DNA of 64,000 nt from Marsupella aquatica (GCA_973895155.1 OZ316897.1:1861212-1925211), one strand, 5' to 3'. Shown: positions 22,642 to 37,292, counted from the first letter of the stretch. Translations and numbers: made by a program. The notes: generated by a model from the sequence alone, not told the origin.

Positions 22642-24952
22642 TGTCCAGGAGTTCAAATTCTGTACAAGGCGGTTGTCACCTAGAATCTCCCCCTTGAAAG
22701 ATGAAATCGAAGGAGAAAACATCTTCAACCCTGAGTTGGCTGTGGCAGTAAACTTCTTCTCTGAAGAGCAAAGACGGGGATCGAAAGTGTTTCTTTAGCT
22801 AGCTTCTCCTAAAAAACTGTTGCCACCGTTTCAAAGGCGAGGTAGGGTGAATACAGTGGTGTAGACTCTACTCTTAGATATACAATTTCCTTTAAACAAG
22901 CAACTTAAATGATCTTGTAATTATATCGAATTCAATCCAAATTATAATACATTTGATTCAGTTAACATTGAGTCAGACCAGCTCAATTTCCAGCCAGGCA
23001 ATGAGAATGGTCTTACAGGAAGCCCGCACCCGGATAATCTGAAACTAGAGCATACAAGCATTTGAAGAGTACCAGCCATTCGAGCTTTTGTCTGCGCTGG
23101 ATACAATCTTTTCTACCACGCTTGCCAAACAATTTTAGCAGATTCGTCGCCTTTTGAGTGACTTGGAAGGAGGTGACGCGTAGTACGATTGCCAGAACAA
23201 GTTAGCCTTTACGTGGTTATTTTGAGCTTGACCATAGAGAGATTGATGACTAGAACGAGTGCCCAAAAAAATGCTGGCTCCTGGGTTGGGAGCTTACGAA
23301 TTGAAACGGACAATCACGATGTGCTGCCTGATAGTTTTCCCACTCTTATAGCTCTCCTCAACTGGGATTGAGCAAAATGCCTCATCGACGAGATGTTTCC
23401 CATAAGCCTTGGCGACCTTGCCATGCTAGAAGTATTGGAAGTACGAGTCAGAAGACAGTCGTGGAAATCTTATGAAAATTTCTTTATTGCAAAACTTTAA
23501 TGGAAGCTCGAAGGTATTCACCATACTTTACAAGAGTGGTGCATGTGCAACTGACGCAGTTGCTCGAGACAAAGCGACTTGCAAGAAAGCTGTCACAGTT
23601 GCTGCCGCGATCATGTGCCAACTGCTTTAGTACGAAAGTTCGGATCAACTCGTTCCTCACTTTGCCTAACACATCTCTGTACCCTTGAAGTTATCATCAG
23701 TTTTAGCAGTACAGAGATGAATAAAGAATCTTCCAGCGCTAGTTCTTCGCAAATCCATCCTGCCATCGTGAGGCTCGTGCCCTATGTCTAAACGAGAATC
23801 CAAGAATAGTGATGACGTAGTCGCGATTCTTTCCCATGTTGCTTAGCAAAGAGGGAAAGAAAAAAGGACCACATGATATAACCAGCATGTATCATGAGAA
23901 AACGAAAGAACGCAGGACTGTCAAAGACAATATTGGTGATGCAGCAGAATCTGTCATCATTGCCTTCGGTAGGCCATGAAGCAAAAGAGCTAACTGCTTC
24001 AGAACGCCAGACTTGAGACCTGCCTAGAGCCAAAGCGAATATAAACTTTTAGAACAAAACTGTAGAAGAAAGTAGACCTGGAGAGAGGAACAATTGCACT
24101 TGCTCTAAGTGATCAGACATAACACCAGCATCTGCAGTTTGCCAAGAACTCATAAATGGATTGACGTACCAAGCAGTGCGACAAACGTACAAATGAACAC
24201 TCTAGATTCAGCAATTCTTCCGTGATATATTTTCAAGCGTATGGAGGACTGGAATGTTTACACCAAGAGCAATTGGGACTGCCGGGAGAATAAAATTGAC
24301 TTCGAACGTGAGGATTCAGCGAATACCAAACTGGTATGTCCAATCCAAAGAGCAAGTCAAAAAAGTGACTTGAGAACTGAATACAAGTTCTGCACGTGTG
24401 CAATCACCCTGGCATGTATAATCACCAGTGCTGCAATCTTCAATGACTCTCAGAAACTACCCGACCTTATCCTGGGTCATCGATAGTCTCTTGTGCTACC
24501 TCTAAAATCAGCAAACAACGCGTGTTCTACAAAAAGTCCGATGCTCCTTTCTTTCGGGTCTCTTTAGTCTTAGTATGGACATATCCACCAATTTTCATTG
24601 GAAAATTGAGGACAGGGTTGTGTGATATCAATGCCAGATGTCTAAATCCTATATTGTTCCACAACAAAATTTACATGTATCATTCTTCTATAATGCTTTG
24701 AATAGAGCATCTATCATCTCTCGCTCACCCTGTGAGGTAACTCATGCGATGGGTTTGAAAGTTCAAACCTTCTAGGCCTCTGCTCTCCTATCCTGAGAAG
24801 CTACTTTTGAAAGAACGGAAATGGGAAGGGGAGGCTATTCTTTCACGAGATATAACAGCAACCTGTTTCTCAATCACTCCCTGTGCAAGTGACAAAAAAA
24901 ATAGTGTATTTTAATACACAATATGATGACGGAACTTTCGTCATTGTCCATG

Positions 24953-27900
24953 TCATGTCCTCCCTTTTGATATAAGGCCCCGGATGGTCGTCACCATAAG
25001 CTTGCAATTGATCGGCTTTGTCAAATAGGCGTCCATTCCAACAGAGAGGCACCTCTCTTCATCGCTCGCCAACGCATGTGCTGTTAGAGCCACGATTGGA
25101 ATGTGCCTATCTGTATTTTCCTCTGCTTCTCTGATGGCTATGGTTGCGTTGTAACCATCCATTACTGGCATCTGTGGACAGCACAAGTTGAATCCCTTAG
25201 CAATGCCACTCACAACAATGTCCAGTTACCTCCCAACCGCCTACAGTCAGATGGACAGACTTGAAATGTGAATCTACAGCCAACCCAAGGGTCTTAAGCC
25301 TTTCGTAATGATTGAAGATAAGGGACTACGGTTAGCTAATTATGGAATCCTCTTGCTGAACAGAGATCTAACCAGCAACATCAGGACACCAAATAAATGA
25401 TTGTAGAATCCTCTTGCTGGGCAGAGATTTAACCAACAATAAACAGAGATTATGGCTGACTAATTTTATGATATCACATTACCGATTTTACATTCCTTTT
25501 CCTTGGCTAAGCTTTCATGAAGACAACAACATGATAAAATGGACTATAAATAACTACTTATCGAATCTAAAACTAAATCCTCTCGCGGAGTAGAGTTTTG
25601 ACAAGAACGACATCAAAATGGGACTGCAGATAGCCCATCATGGACTCGTCTCTCTGAAGAGAATTCGAGAACAATGACATGAGGGTAAGACCATTTCCTA
25701 TTTCAGGTTCATAAGATGATACGTACAAAATCATTACAGAATCGAAAAGAAAAGGTATTGAATGACAAGCAGGTGTACATACCGCACAATCCATGAGAAT
25801 GAGATCAAAATGGGGAATGTTGCTCAATCTGTTGGTAGAAGCATCTTGAGTAGCTTCCACTGTCTCTGCCACGGCTCCGACTGCCTGCAAGCCATCTCCT
25901 ACCACAGTAACATTTGCCCCCAGTTTTTGCAGCGTCATACTGACAAGTCTCTGCAGTACTGCTGTGTCCTCCACCAATAGAATATGCATACCGGACAATG
26001 CTTTGTGTACGAAGGCCGATGCTGGACTAGATGCAGCACTGCCTCTATCTGGCCTTGCAGCCCGCTTTTCATTACTACTGGGACCTCCATTATCATCCTT
26101 TGGACTCGGCTTCCGCTTTCTCCCGAGCCATTCCTCCTCAAGATCTCTAACCTCTACTCCATTCTTCCGCATTCCTTGGCCAACATCAGGAGCAGCGCCA
26201 TGTCCTTTAGATTTATTCAACCCACTGGTGATGGGTCCCTCAGGAGTACTTTGTCCACTAACTGCAGGTGTACTCGGCCCACTTAGGGGAGACTCTGGAG
26301 TACTTGCACTTAGCAGCCTTCGGCCGTCATCGGTACCATACGGAATGTCCACCGGAAGACCTTTTTGAAACCTTTGCAACCCACTGGATGGTGAGTTTGT
26401 GTTGGTAGTCATGTCAAAGACCGTGGACTGCATGTAGAGACTACCCTTCCCATCAGACTGACTCTTCCTCGGAATCTCCGGAGAAGTGGAGGGGGAATCA
26501 GAGTTGCCTTTTGGTACAGTTTCGGCTGTTCGATTCCCGTGTATTAAACTAGATTCTTCACCTGAATGGATTTTAGTTATATTTTGCTGTACATCTACCG
26601 AGGATCCAGCCAACCGAGTATCTTTCAATAGTCTTTCTGGCAACTGGTACATCAACTCGTCATCGCTTGATTTCCGAGCATTGGAGGTTCTGTGACTGGG
26701 CATATCTGAACCTTGTTCAGAAAGACCTCTAGGATCTGTCGAAATGCTACTTTCTAAATTTTTCATTTCCGAGAAAGGTGTACCTGCTGCAGTTGAAGGC
26801 CTTAAAGACAAAGGACTACCAAATAAAGAAGTATGGACCTCCCAATGATGCTGTTCTAACTTCCCAGCTCTAGCCAGAAATGATAACAATCTTCTCAGCC
26901 GACTCCCATGCAGGGGCTTGTTCAATACCAAGAAGCAACCGTCAGCCTGCAATGCTTGCTTCCACTTCGCCCCACAATCAGGGCCCACCACCCAACTAAC
27001 TGCAACTGACCGCTGAAAATGGACTCTTAACATGCTGTCCAGCATATCTTGCATGGGATTTGGAAGCTTCCCAACCTCTGATCTGCTTAAGTTCCCGTCG
27101 TTGGGGCCCAGGACACCGGGATCTACAAAGTTTCTGACGAAGTCTGTCTTCATATCAGGAAGAACCGTTACATCAACCAGTGCCAGAACTGCAGGGAAAT
27201 TACCAGATTCTAATAAGGTCTCTGAGCTTTGGCTCATCCATCCAGGGCTACGATCACCGGTTGGAAAAGAAAGAGAGCCTATCCGACCTCCACCAGGATC
27301 ATCAGTTCCGACTAATTTCATAGACTTCAACTCTGGGTTCGTGATTTTAGACAATTTCTCTAAGGTGGGAATAATCTCCGTCCATGCGTCCACACATGTC
27401 ACCTTCAAGCCATTCCTCTCCAGCCAACGTACCGCAACATTCCGCGCAACACCCTCTTGCATGGCAACCAAAACTTGTGTCTTCTCCAGACCCTCTGGCA
27501 GTGACATTCTGTATGGTTCATAGAGGTTGAATGGAGATCCTAATAAAGAACCCAGCCCCTCCTGCTCAGAAGGTGAGCCTAATGATTCACCCTCAGCCGA
27601 AGATCTATGCCCATGCACAAAGCCCAAAGCTTGACCCTCAGAAGAGGATCTACGCCCATGCCCAAAGCCAAAAGCTTGACCCTCAGCAAACGAACTACGC
27701 CCATGCACAAACCCAAAAGCTTGACCCTCAGCAGAAGCTCTATTCCCAGTGGGCATGGGATCACTTGTCCGTTCCACGATGATATGGAACCGCATCACAC
27801 ATCCCGACCCCTCGGTTGGCACCACTGCCACTTCCCCACCCATCAATTCCACCAAAGACCTGACAATGTAGAGGCCTAGGCCCGAGCCTCCATGTGTTCG

Positions 27901-30900
27901 AGTTGTTGATGAGTCTCCTTGGACAAAACTATCAAACACCGTTTCATGCAACTCCGGAGGGATACCACACCCTGAACACAAACAAAATTTATATGACATT
28001 GGAAAAGTGTAGAGAACACCAAGCGTTGAGCCGAATAGCTGCAATAATTCACAGAACCATTATATAACTGCTTGTTCGTAATCAAATAATCGTAACCAAA
28101 AGATTTGTGAGAACACTCTTCAAAATGATTGAGTCTAAGAAAGAGAAAGAGTGTTGAGTAAATAGAAAGCGTGTTCAATACACACTCCGCAAATTTGGCG
28201 ATCGAAAAATTGAAATAAACGTTGAGGAAAATTTCTGCAAATTCCTCGTCTATAACACGTAGTTTTCACCTCGACACGATCTTTCGGAACCAGATTTGAT
28301 TGATACTGGTCTAGTCGTCGGCTATTTAGCTTAATTTTAAAAAACAGAGTGTCAGAGCAGTGAACATTCGGATCTAATAATCCGAGCGAATTGCTTATTA
28401 AAGGACACTACTACTCGGTACTAAGAACTACTTTGCCAAGTCTGAATTGTTGCTTCCCCCTTCCATGGTTCTTCGTCACATGCTATGCATGTAACCGCTA
28501 ATCACTTTAAAGAGCTCTCACAACGGGAATTAGTTAGCACTACAGTCCACCAACATGAGCAACTACTTCGTACAACGGAAGATATGTTCACTCACCAGAG
28601 TCATCGACTTCGAACACAAGAGCCAACTGATTCTCAGCACTCATTGGCAGAGGGCCAGAAACTCTTTCCCTTCCAGACAAAAGGTTAACACTAAAGTCGT
28701 CCCGCTTTATACTTGGTTCCAACAGAGACTGATCTACCCAACCCCGGACCAGCACGTATCCATGGATTGTGAACTTCAATGAATTTGATAGGAGGTTGCT
28801 AAAAATTTGCCGTATCCGGCTGGAGTCACCTTTCACAAACCCAGGAATGCTATCTGCATACATCCACATGGAGCGTGTAAAAAGTTATCACTCTAACTCG
28901 TGCCCTTGCTGTGTATATTTGTCCTAATAATTGAATTTCAATGAAAGATGTCGTGAACTGCTGAAGATCTTAATTCCCCGTACCTGACAAATCAAGCACA
29001 AAATCAATCTTGGAACCCACAGACTGGGCAGCAAACATGTCCACCAAGGATTCAAGCTCGTCAGCGACACTGAAAGGCGCAATTTGAAGCTCCATTTTCC
29101 CTGCTTCAACCTAAGCATTGGACATTAAGATGAACTTTAAATGCCTCTACCATAACATTTGGAGAATTTCTTCCACCATGCCAAAGAGTACACCGAACAG
29201 CGAACCGACGAAGTGAACCTTGTTCCATACCTTGCTGATGTCTAGCACATTGTTGACAAGGGTAAGGAGCCCAGTGGCACAACGACGTATTTGCGACACT
29301 GAAAACTCTTGCTCCGGCGTCACTGAATCAAAAGATAGTAGGTCCAGCAGGCCAATGATGCCTGCAATAGGAGTCCTCAGCTCATGGCTGCAGGTTTCAA
29401 GATAGCTACCATTAGACTTCTCATGCTCTGTCATAACCCTCCACGTTTCTAGAACGAGCTTCTAGATAATCAGTGCGGACTGGCGACTCAAAACAATGAA
29501 GTCACGTTTCAAGTCTTAGAAATTCCAGCCTAAATCTGTGATCTTGAGGGAGGCTGATACCCAGAGAGAGCCGTCGGCACCACTCTGGAAGCATGAGTGG
29601 GCAAGGACAAAGAAGGTATCTTGCATAATTTCCTAATGTTAGAGACACAGATAGACTGAAAAGCACCAGATTTATCTTTACTCACCTCATGTTAGCCAAA
29701 AACTGACTTTTATAGTTGCTAGACTGCTCTGCTCGATGCTTGCCCACCAACAAGCGAATCAGCTCTGCTCTTAGTTGCATCTCTGTGCTCATTTTACTGG
29801 TCAGAAAACAAATGAAACAGCAGCCAAGGACCAGAACACCGACTGCTGTTCCGACTATCACGCGAACGACAGTTTCGTTTCGTTCATCTATCCTTCCCAT
29901 AATTCGACTCCGCGGAAGAATCATGACAGCAGTCTGCCAACCAGGACAGGTTCCAGGAATGACACATTAGCCCCGCACAAAGCAACGAGAAAAGTGGGAA
30001 GTCCCATCACAGATATGAAACCACTAGAACATAAGACTGAACAAAAGTCTCGAAAACACGTATCCCATGTTGGCCTCGGAAATTTAAAATCATGGAACAA
30101 GGGATTCACTTTTGGTCGTGTGTCAAAATTAGGAGAATTGAGTTATTTTAGTAGAGCATTCTAAAATAAATACATGAACAAATGCTTACGTTTCATTTTG
30201 AGTTACAAGGGTTGGACACGATTACTCTCCTCTATTGTAAGCCGATTGAAGAAAGTATAGTTTTTTGACAAATAGGGACAAATTTATGCAATGTCTTGTT
30301 CCTTTAACAATTTACTGAACATTAACGTCAGCACGTGAGTCAAATCACGACTAGCAAAAACTTCACTTGAGGATGTGCCCATTAAACAACGCTTTCACAG
30401 AGATTCCTATACGGTGGGGACATGAGGAGGAACCTCACCAGATTGAGAGCACCGTAGGGCGGTTGGCTTAAGGCAACAGTGTCAATGTAATATCTTTGGC
30501 CCACAAGTGAGACATCCTCGTTGTGGGTCTCGCCAAGAAACATAATGCCGTATCCATATGTGGAACCCAAAAAACTTGCTGCAGCCTTTACAACAGGGTT
30601 TCCTGAATTATTAGGACTTACGAGTATATCATTTGTATCGTTGTAAGAGAACGAAACAATTGACGACCTGCCTGTTCCGTTACTCCTGCACGCAATCATC
30701 ATATTTGAGACTGGTGCTGAAATTGAGCATAGGAGTCATGCTAGTTATCTCCGTGTCCAAAAACTTCTGAAGCCACAGCGCCACATCTAGACTACTAAAC
30801 GGCTAAGTGCACATCAAAGCACATTGTCTAATCCACTTGCGAAACTGATTTGTTACCATTCAAAATAAAGATAGCCACCAAGAAGATCGAGGGTGGCTAA

Positions 30901-33532
30901 GTAGCTATTTAAATACTCAAAAGTTGACGTAATCGTTGCCACGCCTATAGCTTCACTTGTCACCAAGTCGTTAAGAGGCACTGCAGGTGACACCACTGCT
31001 TGACCCAGAGAGTTAGGGGCAATGGTCCACCACACCTGCTGAGAACAGTCCCAGTGCATTAGTAGAACGGATACAAAAGGTAAGAATGACGAATGCATCG
31101 TCATATAGTCAATACATGAACTTAAAAGCAATATAAGTCAGAACACGGATACCTTAAGGGGCTCAATTTTCCGCACGTTTCCTGCACTGACAGGATAAGG
31201 GGGTAATCTGACCGTAGGTGGGGGAGCTGCTGACTCGTTGACAAACCCCGTCACATTCTGCCATGAAAGATTTTTAATTTAAACAAGTGCCTTGACAGTT
31301 TCAGATAAAATACAAGCACTAGGTCCGTCATGAAAAACAAGAGCTGATGAGATTAAAGTAAACACTAAATGCTTCAAGCATGACAATCTAATTTGGCTGT
31401 TGCAACTCTGCACTGCCACTAGTTAAAGAAAATCAATGAATTGGTTTTTAAAAAAAAGTGTAAGTCCGATAGGACCTATGCGGATCGAAAAAGGTAACAT
31501 ATAATCCCAAGAGTCAAGAAAACAAACCAGAGAAGGTGGGCACCACATGTAGGAGATTAGCGCATTGCATACCCAAAACTATCCGATATATACTAAGCGT
31601 CTAACGAGCTCTGACAGCATTCGACCCTCCCATTGTAAACGGATGGCATTGTGGATGCAGCTACTGCTCGTATACCTGGATATACCATACTGGATTTGGG
31701 GACGATTCGTTGACAAACAACAAATATTCCTTTTGTCCCTTTCTGCTAAAATCAGTTAAACGGCCATCTGGGGCGACAAAAGCAACTGAGGAGTACTGGT
31801 GTTGAGCATTAAATACTCCCCTGTTCACCCTTCGTAACTGCAACCGATTCATGCACAGGAAAGACGACCATCAGCTGTAGAAAGTGTTGTTTCAATGGAA
31901 AGTTCTACTAGTCCGTACACTGCTACTCATCCTGTAGAGTTCGCTACGAAGCAAGTGTATTTTTCCAGAAGCCCAAAAACCTCCCACAAAGCTCCAGAGA
32001 AAACTTCAGACACTGAACATATATACGCCCAGGGTGAATGTTCAGGAAAAGTGCCATACCGCCGGCTCTATTAAATCCCATGAAGTATTCGCACTTGACA
32101 TAAAGACTTGTTGATGTAAGGAACCGAGAACCACTGTGCCATTGTAAACCTCTCCAAGGATAGATACCATAGCCTGAGTACTGGTGCGTAGAAGTTGCTG
32201 GCGAAGGACAGTCGCTAGGCTTCGAACTGAGCGAGCGCCATAAGTCGAAGTGAAATACCATGTCAGGATCGTTGTGACTACTAGCATTACAGCTACAAGA
32301 GCCTACATGCGAACAGACGTCAGAACAATTCATATTAGACCAGGAAATTGTGCTTTCGCTTTTCGCCTGGCATTGCCGACAAACCTTCACACAACATTGA
32401 TTGCAAAATGAGCAAGATTTTCAGCAATCGGATTAGTATCCAGAGAAGAATCTACTTCGACAGCTCACACAATTGTCCGTCTTCATCCATCCTGCGTGAG
32501 ACGAACACAACCCATTCAAGGACGACTTGGATGGTTCAGCTTAGCAAGAACGTTCTGAACATTGCTCCAGGCCACACATTCTGTTGTGTAGCGTAGCTTC
32601 TTGCCCCTCTTCAATCTTGGTGCTTCAAGTGCAACGAATTCTCTGCACTGATTGGCTTGGCTGTTTTGTGTGTAACAAGTGTTCATTACTAATTGAAGCC
32701 GACTTGGGTCATGGCCGATCTCTCCACTTATAAGTCAGATGCAAGGCCAACAGAAACACACCGAATGCACGCAATCCAGCTACAGAAAAAAGCGGACCTG
32801 TTCCGGATCCTTCCTCAGCAACTCGAGAAAGGAATTTACATCAGAAAGGGTAGCGGCATGGGAATTGGAAAGGCTTTGAGTTTTGTAAATTAAAATGCTG
32901 TCACACTAGAGAATCTTGAAAACAATGTCGAGGGATAAAGCAATTGACCTGGTGCTCAAGGAGTAGAGGGCACCAACTAGGACCAAAAACAAATCGTTTA
33001 AATTTTAGGTCGTGTTGAATCTGAACTTACAAAGTCATAGCACTGAACATCAAAAGCAATTCTAAAAATACCATTGCGTGTCATTTAGCGCAAAATCTGT
33101 TCTTCAAGAGTCACTGGATTGGCGAGTACAAACGGAAAACTCTGACCGTTCGGATTCCAATTTGTACTATATCTGTTTAATTTTTATTGGTCACGAGATT
33201 GATGACAAAAAATTTAGAACCACATCATTTGGGATCCCTGCAATTGAATCTGCAGTTCCAAACACATTCATGCGTACCATGATTCCGAGACGCGAGAGCA
33301 ACACGGTATTCGATTTGCGCAGTAGCCGCTTCTTCCTTTTGAAAGCTTTCTGGACTGAAGCATCTGCAATCTGGTCCAACGGAACTGAATCTCCCGTCAG
33401 ATCCAGAATAATATGGTCCAGCACCAAATCCTTGCCGGGCTGATGGTCCTTCGATTGCCTTCCGCAATGAAGCACGTTCTCACAGAACTGACCCTTGCCT
33501 AGTCCAGCCCATTTCATAACCTTCGTCATCAT
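24953..33532 (-). CDS. Membrane-bound hybrid histidine kinase, AHK1/CKI1 type
   Basis: Exons include 33532-33278, 32302-32060, 30716-30439, 29933-29686, 29387-29231, 29110-28984, 28853-28596, 27971-25783 and 25171-24953, plus small sensor exons at ~30.9-31.8 kb. Motifs: TM1 ALVAVMLVVTTILTWYFT, TM2 VIVGTAVGVLVLGCCFI, H-box KSQFLANMSHELRTP, N-box RIRQIFSNLLSNSLKFT, G1 EVDDSGCGI, G2 THGGSGLGL, and receiver ILLVED..DLILMDCAMPVMDG..ALTAH..YLTKP. The start codon is uncertain. Confidence 0.93.
27588..27742 (-). repeat. In-frame 45-48-bp coding repeat (SAEGQAFGFVHGRSS-like, ~3.5 copies) inside the kinase
   Basis: Repeats of aaagcttgaccctcag...ctacgcccatgc are visible in both the DNA and the translation. 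Confidence 0.85.
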
Positions 33533-34320
33533 CTTCACCGTCACTGTGAGGTAAGTGACCGCCGATTGTCATCCATCCATCAGGCCACAACCACAGATCC
33601 TCGATAGCGAGCATTCGTCGTAATCAAACCTCGAATCTCTGGAATCTTCCTCCATTGCTCTAGCTAACCACATCGGACAGCTTAAACTCCGTTAACCCGT
33701 AGCACCGTCCATCCGTCTCAGATGAATCATCAAAAAGATGATAAAGACCCGGCTTTGTAAAACACGCCAGCTCGTTCCAAACTCAAAGCAAGTGACCATC
33801 AGTAGCCCAATCTCTGTCTCTGTTATATCCCTTCGATAATCAAAGTAATATCGTTGCTGGCACCGTCATCCCTACAAGCATGTCTGAACTGACGAGGTAC
33901 GAAAGCCCACAGATCCTACGGTGATCCTGACGTGAGGCACAGTTTTCAGCTCTAGCCCCCACGACCACATCCTCGACTGTCAATTCATCACCTCACATGA
34001 CCGCAAAATCGAAGGTAGTGTCTCACATCAGATTGAGATCCGCCACTTCGATCAAAATGACAATCTCCTCCACCACCTCCGCTCTTGCTAATCTTTACAC
34101 CATTGATTCCTTTCGGCTGCTCCATATGCTCCTAAACCGTCTGAGCCTTTTGATACTTCTAAAACTGCTTTCAACATGATGTTTTCATCATCTGACCGGC
34201 TCGGTACTGTAGCTATCCCTCTTGCATCAGATCGTGCTGCCTGAGTGAGATTCAAAAATATTCAGAGGTCTGCCCCCTTCCTGACTGCCTGTTATTACAA
34301 AACAAAGCCCCCCTCTGTAA

Positions 34321-34370
34321 CTTCTCTTCTCTTCTCTTCACTTCACTTCACTTCACTTCACTTCACTTCA
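34321..34370. repeat. (CTTCT)3(CTTCA)7 microsatellite in the kinase 5' region
   Basis: Read directly from the sequence. Confidence 0.95.
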
Positions 34371-35587
34371 CTACCCGACATCTTACTGTGAAAGCTCGAA
34401 GAAAGACTGCAGGAGGACATTCCTCACAGGAGAAGTTTCAGATCACTAGACATACCACTGGAAACCCGCGTCCGTCCGTGATTTTCAACCGGAGTTGTTC
34501 ACTGCTTTTGCCATCTTGTACGATGATGTTTGAAAACGGGCGGGATGGACAGGAGCTTTCACCCCTGCTGCATTTGTGGCTTCTAGCCAAAGTTTCGCAC
34601 TCACCTCATTTCAACTCATGTACAAGTCATCATCATCATCGCAGCCCTCCACTCTGGTAGCGTCCACCAGCATCCTCCTTCGCCGCATTCCACCATTGAC
34701 CACCATCCACATCAGATCCACAAAGACAAACATACAATTCTCCGCCTCTGCCTTTTTCCGGATGCGCCCACTTCTCAACCTCCATGTAAGTGAGGATCTT
34801 CTCGGTGGTCACCCTCACTCCATCGCCGCTGCTTCTTTCTCTCCTTCCCGCTTCTCAGTATGCTCTCTTTCCCCCCACTCTCGTGCGGTACTCTCTTCCC
34901 TTTTCTCCTTCCTTTTGCTCGCCTCCCTTCCTCTCCTTTCGCTGCTTCCTCTGCCACTTCAGGGTCTATTTCTCACTGCCGTCTTTTGGTCCTCGATTGT
35001 GCATCGTCGTTGGTAGTGGAGGAGGCCATCGCCACTTCTCGCCGCCTCTGCTTCAATTTTAACATTACAGCATTATGCCAATCCTCCAAAGCTTTGCTTT
35101 CCGCTCCTCGTGCTCCGTTGAGCTCCTTCTCAAGCTCCCCCTCCTGAGCTCACTCCTTCACTGTCCAATACCACAAGAACACGGAAAGAGAGCCCTCTCG
35201 ATAGGACTCTGTCGCCGTGTCCAATTCTCCCTATCCTGTCCTAAAAGGACATCCGGAATCGAGCGATTCTAACGGCCCCGATCCCCCCACGAAATACACT
35301 TCGCATTGGTGCCGTCGATGTTGATCCCGATAGGGACTGTCCTCGCTATGGCCCTCCAGTTCGCGACTCCCGGGACCCCGCTTCTGCACGTGCATAGACC
35401 ATTGTTCAGGTCTCGCCTCTCGACCCGTGTCCTTAGTGTAGGGCTTCTCAACACTTCAAAGTTGCAGATGATGACTTTTTGGCCATACACCACCAGTGGT
35501 TCTAACTTTTTGAGAGGGGTTGTGTAAAAGTGTTTTTTAATTTTCTTTTCACTACAGTAGCGTGTAGAGTGACTTACGGCCATGGCA

Positions 35588-35765
35588 TGTCACCGATCTT
35601 TATGGCAAAAAGCTATTGACTAGTAATGCCGTCACCAATCTTTATGGCAAAAAGCTATTGACTAGTAATGCCGTCACCAATCTTTATGGCAAAAAGCTAT
35701 GGACAAGTAATGCCAGAAAGCTATGGACCAGTAATGCCAGAAAAGCTATGGACCAGTAATGCCGT
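35588..35765. repeat. 42-bp tandem repeat (3 copies) decaying into ~24-bp subunits
   Basis: gtcaccaatctttatggcaaaaagctattgactagtaatgcc occurs three times, followed by aaagctatggaccagtaatgcc twice. Confidence 0.9.
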
Positions 35766-36679
35766 AGTCCATAATTTAGTTTGTCAGTAATCTTAACTAC
35801 TAACTTAAGGTTTGAAGCTTTGAAACACCATAGTAATTTTGTGTCCATAGATAATTTTGTCATTTTTGTGTAATCATATCTAGAGATACTTGCTATTCCA
35901 TAATGTCTTGCTTAGAAGCTTGTGATGTGAGAAAAAACATGGAGAACAATTACGTAACATGAAGGAAATCTAGGTGGGTCCTGACCTGAACCCTGTGACC
36001 AGAGTGCTTGGAAAAAATCTTTCACTTTTACTTACTTTTTGGTCATAAGGTTACAAGCCAGTGACCCCATCCTGGACCACTGGTGTGCTTTTATTCACTT
36101 TTTAGTCACAAGGTTACAAACCAGTGACCCCAGCCCAGACCACCATTATCCTTCACTCCAAGTTCCTCCCATAGTCTACCACCCAACAAAGTTTCTCTAT
36201 AGCCTTGCATAAGTGCATCATGAATAAGTGCATTCCATGGTTACAATGTAGGTCTATGTACTCCCCTAATGTTAGAAAAAATCTCCTTTGAAAAATGCAC
36301 AAAAATTTACACTTTGCCAAAGTGCAGAGTGGCACTTATTAGAAGACAAATATCTGCACTAAGTGACAAATATATAGGTACCCTTATGTCTCTAAATATA
36401 TACATGCATCTATCAGTTACTGCAATGCACACAAAAGAAGGGTTTATTTTTATTTTTAGTGGAAAGAATGTTTAATGACATGTGCTGCATACAAATACCT
36501 AAGATGGTTTCGTGCACCTGTCCAATTGAATCCTACAATATGCAAGCTCAGGGTATGAGGAGTCTTATGCGTGTAACCAAACAACATATACTATGAAGTG
36601 CATCAACTATTTTGTATGAGCTTATAAGGTAATCCAACCATGCACAGCTGGAGACCTGATGAATGATGTTGGGTGCACT

Positions 36680-37130
36680 TATAGCATAATTCATAAAGTA
36701 GGGCATCTCAAATATCTCCTTTCTGCTTCCAGTAGAGATGAATGACGTTAAGTACACTTATATATAGCATAATTCGTATAGCAGGCATCTCAAATCTCAC
36801 CTTTTCTACCTCCAGTCTAGATGAATGTGTAGGCATCTCAAATCTCACCTTTCTACCTCCAGTCTAGATGAATGATGTTAAGTGCACTTATAGCATAATT
36901 CATATAGTAGGGCATCTCAAATTTCTCTTTTCTGTCTTCTCTCGGTCAGGGACAAATTCCTTGAAAAAAATGACAGACACAAAAATGCCTAACACATTAC
37001 TAACCCGTGACTCAAACTAGTAATTTCAAATATCATTTTGCTCTAGAAAATTCAAGGTTTGAGATGCCCTAGTGCATGTGTATATTTTGTTCTAGTAAAT
37101 TCAAGGTTTGAGACGCCCTAGTGCATGTGT
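36680..37130. repeat. Cluster of ~45-85-bp direct repeats (ggcatctcaaat family, with inverted copies)
   Basis: ggcatctcaaat occurs at ~36702, 36784, 36832 and 36910. The inverted form tttgagatgcc/tttgagacgcc occurs at ~37058 and ~37107. Confidence 0.75.
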
Positions 37131-37143
37131 CTAGGGTGTTTTG

Positions 37144-37292
37144 ACCATGCGTTAAATTTACATCAGCCGTACGATCAAAACATAAACCAAGACACATCTA
37201 ATTCAAATCACTTGATTTATAAAATAAAAAATATAGTATATTAATCTATATTCTAATATAAAGATCGCATTAATTTGACATAGATTTAACAC
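37144..37292. mobile_element. Small MULE-type MITE related to the 50489-51311 element
   Basis: The ends accatgcgttaaatttacatc ... catagatttaacac resemble accgcgcgttaaatctacatc. It is flanked by ggtgttttg (37135-37143) and ggtgtttcg (37293-37301). Confidence 0.5.

Noticed and set aside
23180-24500. Possible extra gene between the convergent acyltransferase-fold and kinase genes
   Set aside because: Only short ORFs without recognisable motifs or a consistent exon chain are present.
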